A stretch of DNA of 64,000 bases, taken from assembly GCA_949283255.1 (NCBI GenBank), contig CASDRS010000001.1:51749-115748 (forward strand), in the 5' to 3' direction. Of this stretch, positions 18,035 through 25,432 are shown piece by piece; the first letter of the stretch is position 1; every line of letters begins with the position of its first letter. The notes under the pieces were generated by a model, which saw only the letters and a program-made list of their open reading frames with translations, ran no database searches and had not been told where the DNA came from. Both the position numbers and the translations under genes were made by a program. Origin of the DNA: an uncultured bacterium. Its GTDB lineage: Bacteria; Cyanobacteriota; Vampirovibrionia; Gastranaerophilales; Gastranaerophilaceae.

Positions 18035-18520
18035 ATGCCAAAGCAGGAAATTAACAGATATGACATAATAGAAAAAATCACACCATTGGTTGAAAATACT
18101 GCTATGCGATTTGGGTATGTTCCTATAGAGATAGATTTTGTGAGAGAAAATCACAGGTGGTTTTTGAGAATTTATCTTTACTCTTCCACAAAGGATGTTA
18201 CCTTAGATGATTGCGAAAAAGTTACGAGAAGTTTGAGCGATTTTTTGGATGAATTAATTCCTGTAAAATACTATCTGGAGGTATCATCTCCTGGGTTGGA
18301 GAGAAAGTTTAAGTCGGATAAAGAGTTTGTTATCTTTAAAGGACGCAGAGTTTCTATAAAGTTAAAAGAGGCTCTTGAAGGAGAGAGTGAAAAAATATTT
18401 AAGGGTGAGATATTGGATTATGACGATGTAAACGGGTTGAAGTTTTTCCGTTTCGATGACGGGCAGGAGCTTCAAATTCCAAGAAGCAATATTCAATCAG
18501 CAAAATTATATATAGATTAA
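18035..18520 (+). CDS. rimP: ribosome maturation factor RimP
   Basis: About 160 aa directly upstream of nusA, containing LEVSSPGLERKF. The ATG at 18035 lies 7 nt after AAGG. Confidence 0.85.
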   Translation: MPKQEINRYDIIEKITPLVENTAMRFGYVPIEIDFVRENHRWFLRIYLYSSTKDVTLDDCEKVTRSLSDFLDELIPVKYYLEVSSPGLERKFKSDKEFVIFKGRRVSIKLKEALEGESEKIFKGEILDYDDVNGLKFFRFDDGQELQIPRSNIQSAKLYID

Positions 18521-18539
18521 TAACATAAGGAGAATAGTT

Positions 18540-19781
18540 ATGATTAAAATTGGTGGCGGAAACTTGAATGAAGCTTTGGAAGAGCTTGAAAGAGAACGTG
18601 GAATATCTAAAGAAGTTCTTGTAAGTTCTCTTTGTGACGCTATGGTTGCTGCTTATAAAAAACACATGAGAAATAAAGATGCAACAAATATTGAAGCTAT
18701 TTTAGATGAGCAGTCAGGTGAGATTGGTGTATTTAGTACAAAAGTCGTTGTTGAATCAGTTCAAGATGACGAAACTGAAATCTCATTAGCTGAAGCAAAA
18801 GAAATTGATGAAGATGTTGAAGTAGGTGATGAAGTTAAACTTGAAGTTACACCTGAACAATTCGGACGTATTGCAGCTCAAGCCGCTAAGCAGGTTTTGA
18901 CTCAGAGAATCAGAGAAGCTGAAAGAAACCTTGTATTAAATGAATTTTTGGAAAAGAAGGGTACTCTTACAACAGGTATAATCCAACGAGTTGAAAACAG
19001 AAATGTAATCGTTAATATCGGTAAAACTGATGCTATTATGCCTCAAAAAGAACAAATCCCTGGTGAATATTATAAACCTGGTAACAGAATCAGAGTTTTT
19101 GTTCTTAACGTAAAAGAAACTACAAGATTACCTCAAGTTATCGTATCTCACGCTCATGCTGAGATTGTCAGAGAACTATTTGAACTTGAAGTTCCTGAAA
19201 TTGAAGACGGTATTGTAGAAATCAAATCTATTTCAAGAGAAGCAGGTTTCAGAACTAAGATTGCTGTATGGTCAAATGACCCTGAAGTTGATAGTGTTGG
19301 TGCTTGTATCGGACCTCGCGGCAGCCGTATTCAGACAATTGTGTCAGAATTAAAGAATGAAAAAATTGATATCGTAAGATATTCTGATGATCCTGTTGAA
19401 TATATTGTAAACGCATTATCTCCTGCAAGAGTTGTTTCTGTTGATATTTTGGCAGATGATGAGTATGCTCATGAGGCTATGGTTGTTGTTCCTGATGATC
19501 AATTGTCATTGGCAATCGGTAGAGAAGGACAAAACGTAAGACTTGCTCACAAGCTTACTGGCTGGAAGATAGATATTAAGAGCGTTTCTCAGATGGAAAA
19601 GGCTGAGGCTGCTCATGTTTATGAAGAGCCTGAAGAAATCGTTGAAGATGATTTTGATCATGAAGATGATGAACTTCAACAAGAAATTGAAGAAGAAATG
19701 AATCAACAAGCTATCGATGAAGATGATCTTCAAAGTGACGAATCTTCTGAGGCATCAGATGATTCTGAAGAGCAAGTATAA
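18540..19781 (+). CDS. nusA: transcription termination/antitermination factor NusA
   Basis: NusA N-terminal domain, S1 (GIIQRVENRNVIVNIG), two KH domains (GACIGPRGSRIQ and AIGREGQNVRLA), and a roughly 55-aa acidic tail. Confidence 0.93.
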   Translation: MIKIGGGNLNEALEELERERGISKEVLVSSLCDAMVAAYKKHMRNKDATNIEAILDEQSGEIGVFSTKVVVESVQDDETEISLAEAKEIDEDVEVGDEVKLEVTPEQFGRIAAQAAKQVLTQRIREAERNLVLNEFLEKKGTLTTGIIQRVENRNVIVNIGKTDAIMPQKEQIPGEYYKPGNRIRVFVLNVKETTRLPQVIVSHAHAEIVRELFELEVPEIEDGIVEIKSISREAGFRTKIAVWSNDPEVDSVGACIGPRGSRIQTIVSELKNEKIDIVRYSDDPVEYIVNALSPARVVSVDILADDEYAHEAMVVVPDDQLSLAIGREGQNVRLAHKLTGWKIDIKSVSQMEKAEAAHVYEEPEEIVEDDFDHEDDELQQEIEEEMNQQAIDEDDLQSDESSEASDDSEEQV

Positions 19782-19805
19782 AGCTGTTTAGTTAATATAA
19801 ATATA

Positions 19806-19838
19806 AAAATCCCTGACAAAAGTCAGGGATTTTTTTTG
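19806..19838 (+). terminator. intrinsic terminator after nusA
   Basis: AAAAATCCCTGAC-AAAA-GTCAGGGATTTTTTTT. Confidence 0.75.
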
Positions 19839-19950
19839 CTGTATTAAATTATGTAACAATATCTATTTGTTATCTAATCAATATAGCAATTATATATAAT
19901 AAAATCTTTTTATTAATTTATGCAATGAGAAGTATAATGATGAGGAAATT

Positions 19951-21171
19951 ATGGGTAAAAACGATTATGATGTAAGATTGCGTGAGATTGCTCGTCAGAC
20001 AAAGGAAGCTCTTGGAGATTCCGCAAAAGTAGAAGTTTGTCGGAGTGATACAACCTATAGGGTTTGGGAAGAGTTTCACAAAAAATATCCAATGCTTAAA
20101 AGGCCATCAGATGGAACGAAGGAAAGTAGAGAATTTTCTTACATCCCATCAGATGAAGTCGTTGCGGCAAAATACGCGGCTAGTGAGCGAGGAGCTACTG
20201 CGGCTAGTGAAGAGCAGAAGGATGAAAATCCTAAGGCAAAGCCTAGTGGGGCTTCAGAACAGGCAAAGTCTCCGGCAACAACTCCGAGTGGGCCTTATGC
20301 TGGTGAAAACAAAGCTGCAGCTTCTGCAAACTGGGCTGATTTGAATAATAATAATTTTGAAGTAATCGATGAGCCGGATGAGAACGGTAATATTCCGACA
20401 AGGCCTATTCATGGAAAGGTAACGGTTGATGGAGAAGCAAAAAATGGTGAAAATCCTGCCAAGTTTACAATAACAGATTCTGATAACGGTGGGGTTTATA
20501 CCTTTGAATTGGACACTACAGCTGAAGGTAAAGTTGTATATCGTTGTACATCAGGTCCCGGAGGTGCATATTCTAAAGGTAATGATTATGAGTTGAGAAC
20601 TATAAACGGTAAGGCCATGCTTGTTCAGATGAAGGATTCTGAAGGTTATGGTGTCGGTATCGCAAATGCAAATGCTACAGCTCAGGAAGAAGAGCCTCCT
20701 GCAGGTGATGATGAAGATCCAAAGACTGAAATGACACCGGAAGAGCGCAGTGCCAAGATTAAGGAAGAAGCTGCTGCTGTTGTAAAATCGGATTATACAC
20801 CGACAACAGATGCGGAAAAGACAGCATTAAAGAATTTGCAAGAGGAGAAAACTTTGTTTGAACTTGCAAATACAAATTTAGCAACGGCTGCTTATGCTGA
20901 AGAAAAACTTGAAGTTACCAAGGATAATGAGAATAAGCAAGAATCAGTGACACTTTCGAACGGACAAAAAATTACTATAACACGTGATGAAGACGGTAAA
21001 ATTAAAGAAGTAAAAATTCAAGCTAACGAAGCCGGACATACTGTAACTTACAACAAGGAGAATTCTATTGGTTATGCCAGATTAGGAAATATTCCGAATA
21101 CAATGTATGATTGGAATAAGGTATTAGAGCTTGCAATTCGTATTTTTGGCGAAACTGCAGCTACTGAATAA
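19951..21171 (+). CDS. orphan acidic protein
   Basis: 406-aa ORF with its own terminator. Low-complexity A/S/E/K linkers separate beta-rich segments. No family recognised. Confidence 0.5.
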   Translation: MGKNDYDVRLREIARQTKEALGDSAKVEVCRSDTTYRVWEEFHKKYPMLKRPSDGTKESREFSYIPSDEVVAAKYAASERGATAASEEQKDENPKAKPSGASEQAKSPATTPSGPYAGENKAAASANWADLNNNNFEVIDEPDENGNIPTRPIHGKVTVDGEAKNGENPAKFTITDSDNGGVYTFELDTTAEGKVVYRCTSGPGGAYSKGNDYELRTINGKAMLVQMKDSEGYGVGIANANATAQEEEPPAGDDEDPKTEMTPEERSAKIKEEAAAVVKSDYTPTTDAEKTALKNLQEEKTLFELANTNLATAAYAEEKLEVTKDNENKQESVTLSNGQKITITRDEDGKIKEVKIQANEAGHTVTYNKENSIGYARLGNIPNTMYDWNKVLELAIRIFGETAATE

Positions 21172-21173
21172 TT

Positions 21174-21202
21174 AAAAGTCATCCTTTAAAGGATGACTTT
21201 TT
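21174..21202. terminator. bidirectional intrinsic terminator
   Basis: AAAAGTCATCC-TTTAAA-GGATGACTTTTT, lying between convergent genes. Confidence 0.7.
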
Positions 21203-21203
21203 G

Positions 21204-22979
21204 TTATGATAATTCTCTAATCATTTCTTGAGCTTCTTCAAATTCAGGGAATATCTCAACAGCTCTTTCTAATGTTTTTAGAGCTTCATCGGTGTGCCCA
21301 AGAGCTTTATCACATTTTGCAATCCAGTATAATATATTTATATTATCTTTACTTGTTTCTAGAAGGTTGTTGAAGATTGTTTTTGCTTGTTCATAGTTTC
21401 CTAATTCAAAGTAGCACATTCCTAATAGATTTTTGACTTCAGGATTTTGGTCAAGTTCAAATGCTTTTACCAGATACATTTTTGCATCTTCGTAATTTTT
21501 CATTAAAAATCTTATTTTTCCTGCAATATATAAGAAAAATCCGTTTTGAACAGAGTTTCCGATAGCCTTGTCTATTTGAGCAAGAGCTTCGTCGTATTCT
21601 TGTAAAAACATTTTATTTAACGCAGAAAAAGCAAGTGTTTCATAACCGTTAGGGTTTATCGCAAGAGCTTTTTGGTAATATTTGTCTGCTTCTTTGAAAT
21701 CCGCAGTTGCGTGAAGATAGTTTGCATATTCTGAAAGTATAGAAAAATCTTCAGGAGCGGCTTTTAGAGCGGCATCAAATTCGTCTTTCGCATAGTCAAA
21801 CAAACGTTTGCTCAGGTAAAGAACTCCGAGATCTTTGTGAGCATCTGCGTAATCAGGTTTAAGTTCGATAACTTTTTTCAAAATCTTTTCGGCTCTGTCG
21901 ATATCTTGAAGTTTCAAACATATATGTGCAAATTTGTAATATACGTCAAAACCTACATTGCCAAGATGTAGTAGACGTTCGTATATCTCTTTTGCTAATA
22001 CTGGCTGTTGAGTCTTTAAAAATAGATCAGCCAATTTTTGAGACATTGATACTGATTTTGGGTTCATTGATACCAATTTTGTTAAAATTGCTATTGCGTA
22101 TTTATATTCGCCTGTCTCTTCATAGCAACAAGCCAGATTGTATTGATAAGTTTGTTTTTCCGGATGGTGGGTTGCAAGTAGTTTATAGTGTTTTATTGCA
22201 TTTTCCCAGTCTCCGATTTTGACTTCAGATAGAGCAAGTGCTGTTAAGTAGCTGTCATTTGGCTCTATTCCATAAGCTTTTGCAAAGTATTCGCAGGCTT
22301 CTTTATGTTTGTTTTGTATTTGTAATATGGAAGCTATATTGAAATATGTTATGGAATTTTCAGGATCAAGCTTGCTTGCTTTTACAAAATTTTCATAAGC
22401 TTTTTCTAAATTCCCAATTGTAATATATGATGTCCCCAAATTGTTATATAGTTGTGAGTGATCAGGTTTTAGCTCTAAAGCTTTTTCCAAAAAAGAAACA
22501 CTTTCTTCGAATTTCTTTAAAGACATATAGGCAGTTCCGATGATATAGTAAATTGAATAATCGCTTTTTTCGTATTCAAGAGCTTTTTTGCCATATTCTA
22601 TAGCTTTTTCTTCGTTACCGCTTTTTATGTATATGACTGCTAAACATTTGTAAGCTTCAACGTAATTTTCTCTCAATTTGATAACTTCTTCGTAAGCGGA
22701 TATTGCGTGTAGGTTATCTTCTAAGTTTTCGTAGCAGCTTGCCAAATAAAACCAGCTCGTGGCATCTTCTGGATTATATTTTACAACAGTTTCAAAATTG
22801 CTCTGTGCTTCTTTGTAATTTTCCAAGTTTATATTGCAAAGTCCGAGCAACTTTAATTCGTCTATGTGTTGTTCATTATCAGATGCTATTGGTGCAAGTA
22901 TATCACGTGCTTCTTGAAATTTTCTCTCTTGTATTAAATTAGTAACTTCTTCTAAATTTATTTCTTCCATTTTATTCAT
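21204..22979 (-). CDS. tetratricopeptide-repeat (TPR) protein
   Basis: 591 aa of consecutive 34-aa TPR units (W/Y..LG..Y...g.y.eA...y.kAl.l.P). It is the last gene of the radical-SAM/rne operon. Confidence 0.8.
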   Translation of the reverse strand: MNKMEEINLEEVTNLIQERKFQEARDILAPIASDNEQHIDELKLLGLCNINLENYKEAQSNFETVVKYNPEDATSWFYLASCYENLEDNLHAISAYEEVIKLRENYVEAYKCLAVIYIKSGNEEKAIEYGKKALEYEKSDYSIYYIIGTAYMSLKKFEESVSFLEKALELKPDHSQLYNNLGTSYITIGNLEKAYENFVKASKLDPENSITYFNIASILQIQNKHKEACEYFAKAYGIEPNDSYLTALALSEVKIGDWENAIKHYKLLATHHPEKQTYQYNLACCYEETGEYKYAIAILTKLVSMNPKSVSMSQKLADLFLKTQQPVLAKEIYERLLHLGNVGFDVYYKFAHICLKLQDIDRAEKILKKVIELKPDYADAHKDLGVLYLSKRLFDYAKDEFDAALKAAPEDFSILSEYANYLHATADFKEADKYYQKALAINPNGYETLAFSALNKMFLQEYDEALAQIDKAIGNSVQNGFFLYIAGKIRFLMKNYEDAKMYLVKAFELDQNPEVKNLLGMCYFELGNYEQAKTIFNNLLETSKDNINILYWIAKCDKALGHTDEALKTLERAVEIFPEFEEAQEMIRELS

Positions 22980-23208
22980 ATTCCTGCTTAATGTTTTGAT
23001 TAATGTTAATAGTCTGCTGGCGCATTCTCTCTATTTCTTCAACCTGTTTGTTGACGTGTTCTTCAACACTTTCTTTTTTAAGAGAGCTTCCGCTGAGACC
23101 TGCTCCGCCGACATCTTTTAATGTTGGCATCATAAGTATGAAAAGTAGTGCAATGATCAACATTGCAAGTAACATTCCTATTGCTCCAGAACCTGTTTTT
23201 CTAATCAT
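22972..23208 (-). CDS. small single-pass membrane protein
   Basis: One TM helix (AIGMLLAMLIIALLFILMM) and a charged helical tail. The ATG at 23208 lies 8 nt after GGAG, and the track starts at a GTG at 23214. It overlaps the TPR start by 8 nt. Confidence 0.45.
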   Translation of the reverse strand: MIRKTGSGAIGMLLAMLIIALLFILMMPTLKDVGGAGLSGSSLKKESVEEHVNKQVEEIERMRQQTININQNIKQEYE

Positions 23209-23220
23209 TTGCACTTCTCC

Positions 23221-23571
23221 TTATTTTAGCCTGTTCTTATTTATGAAGAACAATATTGCTTCATCTGTTGTTTTTGGTGAGTTTAGCAATTCATCATTAT
23301 AAATATTCTTTTTTGCATTGGTGCTGTTGCCTGTCATTTTCTTAAAGACAAGAAGCCCGAGCCATATTATAACAAGTGAAACTAAGACTCCACCCATAGT
23401 AAAAGCAAATTTTATCAATACCGATTTAGCAGAATCTGTCTTAAAGTGTATATCGGCAGGCAAAGCTGCTGTGGCGGTTTGAACCGCATCTGTGCAAAAG
23501 CCTGCCTTTGCCGATAAAACAAGCAATCCTATTATAAGTATTGAAAATAATATAACTTTTCTACTCTTCAA
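23221..23571 (-). CDS. small membrane protein (signal/anchor plus one TM)
   Basis: 116 aa. TTG start 8 nt after AAGAGGA, overlapping the rne stop by 11 nt. It has an N-terminal hydrophobic signal and a second TM helix (VLVSLVIIWLGLLVF). Confidence 0.45.
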   Translation of the reverse strand: MKSRKVILFSILIIGLLVLSAKAGFCTDAVQTATAALPADIHFKTDSAKSVLIKFAFTMGGVLVSLVIIWLGLLVFKKMTGNSTNAKKNIYNDELLNSPKTTDEAILFFINKNRLK

Positions 23572-25414
23572 CAGTAGGTTCCTCTTTTGTTGTTTTTTTA
23601 GCTCTTGTTCTTTTTGAAGCGCCCCTGTTTGGTCTTCTGGTTCTTTTAGGTTTTTCTTCTTCCGGAGCTTTTTCTTCTGTTGGTTGTTCTTCCGAGGTTT
23701 TTTGTTCTTCTTTAGTTCTTTCTTCTTTTACCTCAGAAGGTACAGGTTCTTCAACTTTGTCTTTATTTTCATTTTCTGCCGATTTTGAAATTATTTCAAC
23801 ATTTTCAATAATTTCAGGCTTTATTTCCTCATTTGGCTTTAAAACGGTTTGTGCTGTTTGAATATCTTCAGTTACAACAAGCGGAGTTTCAACCTGATCG
23901 CCTTGAGGTTTTTCAAATTTATTTTTTCTTCCGCCGCGTTTTCTTCCCTTTTCACGCTTTTCGGTTTCTTGTACGGCTGTAATTGAAGGGTTTTCAACAG
24001 CGACAGGAGCTGCTGCCGGAGCAGTTTGTGTTTCTTTAGGTTGTTCCTGTGTTTGTTGTTGTTCTTCCTGTACTTTTGGTTGATTGTTATTATTTTTATT
24101 TTTCTTGAAATTATTTGTAGGAAGTTTTAACTTTGCAGCTTTAGCTCTGTATTCACCTTCTGCTGTCGGAGTTGCGAAGTTGAAATCGATTATAGAGCAA
24201 CCGCTTCCTTGGCAGTGTGGGCATTTCTTTGTGAATATTTCTGATAAGCTTTGACCTTGTCTGTGGCGTGTAAGTTCTACCAATCCTAGGTCAGAAAGCT
24301 GTCCTACTTGTGGTTTTGCCTTATCAGGTTCAAGTGCAATTTCTAATTCTTCCATCATTGCTAATTTGTCTGCTCTTGACAGCATATCAATAAAGTCAAT
24401 GATAATCATTCCGCCAATGTTTCTCAATCTGAGTTGACGTGCAATTTCGTGAACTGCTTCAATATTTGTTTTCAAGATTGTTTCATCTTGCGTTGCTGAA
24501 CTTACAAACTTACCGCTGTTTACATCGATTACCGTTAAAGCTTCTGTTTGTTGGATAAACAGATATCCGCCTGATGGCATATTAACTTTAACATTCAGGG
24601 CAGCTTTTATTTCTTTATGTATATCCATTGCAACTAACAGAGGTTCTGTACCTTTGTATAATGTTACGTTAACATTTTTGTTAATGTGCCAGTTTTGGAG
24701 TATATTTTGTACTCTGTTAAGTGCAAAAGCTGTATCAACAATAATTTCTTTTGTTTCTTCCGTGCAAGCTTCACGAATAACTCTGTATAATAAATCCTGA
24801 TCTCTGTAGATTAAGTTTGGAGGAGTCATTGTTTCTGCTGATGTAATTATGTTGTTCCATTTTTCAAGCAAGATTTCTAAATCTTCCTGCAAATCAGCTT
24901 CTGATTGACCTGCGGCTTCAGTTCTTATAATAACTCCTACTCCTACAGGTTTGATTAAGTTCAAAATAGCTTTTAGGCGGGCTCTTTCTCTTGAACTTTC
25001 AATTTTTTTACTTACGCTTACTCCAGGTTCGTTTGGCATTAATACCAAAAATCTTCCAGGCAAGCTTATTTGTGTTGTAACTCTCGGGCCTTTATGTCCT
25101 GTTGGTTCTTTTACAACTTGAACTATTAATTTTTGTTTTGGTGAAAGTTTATCTTTTAATGTTCCTTTTCCCATAACATCTTGTGCGTGTAAAAAGCCCA
25201 TTCTTTCTGTTCCGACGTTTACGAATGCTGCATCTATACTTGGCAGAATATTATCAACTGTTGCTAAGTAAACATCTCCCAGTAAAACTTCACCTCTGTG
25301 GATAAAGAAATCCGTAACTCTTCCGTTTTCAAGAACTGCTGCGATGTTATCACGTTCTGCAATAACTATTTTTTGCCCTTGTTCTTTTGCGTTTTTGTTT
25401 CTGTCGTTAGCCAT
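23561..25414 (-). CDS. ribonuclease E/G family endoribonuclease
   Basis: S1 domain (GDVYLATVDNILPSIDAAFVNVG), the 5-prime sensor and DNase-I-like core (VIDVNSGKF), and the Zn-link CPHCQGSG. A tail of about 190 aa, low in complexity and rich in K/E/P/Q, follows. Confidence 0.9.
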   Translation of the reverse strand: MANDRNKNAKEQGQKIVIAERDNIAAVLENGRVTDFFIHRGEVLLGDVYLATVDNILPSIDAAFVNVGTERMGFLHAQDVMGKGTLKDKLSPKQKLIVQVVKEPTGHKGPRVTTQISLPGRFLVLMPNEPGVSVSKKIESSRERARLKAILNLIKPVGVGVIIRTEAAGQSEADLQEDLEILLEKWNNIITSAETMTPPNLIYRDQDLLYRVIREACTEETKEIIVDTAFALNRVQNILQNWHINKNVNVTLYKGTEPLLVAMDIHKEIKAALNVKVNMPSGGYLFIQQTEALTVIDVNSGKFVSSATQDETILKTNIEAVHEIARQLRLRNIGGMIIIDFIDMLSRADKLAMMEELEIALEPDKAKPQVGQLSDLGLVELTRHRQGQSLSEIFTKKCPHCQGSGCSIIDFNFATPTAEGEYRAKAAKLKLPTNNFKKNKNNNNQPKVQEEQQQTQEQPKETQTAPAAAPVAVENPSITAVQETEKREKGRKRGGRKNKFEKPQGDQVETPLVVTEDIQTAQTVLKPNEEIKPEIIENVEIISKSAENENKDKVEEPVPSEVKEERTKEEQKTSEEQPTEEKAPEEEKPKRTRRPNRGASKRTRAKKTTKEEPTVEE

Positions 25415-25432
25415 TTTAAATCCTTTATTTTC

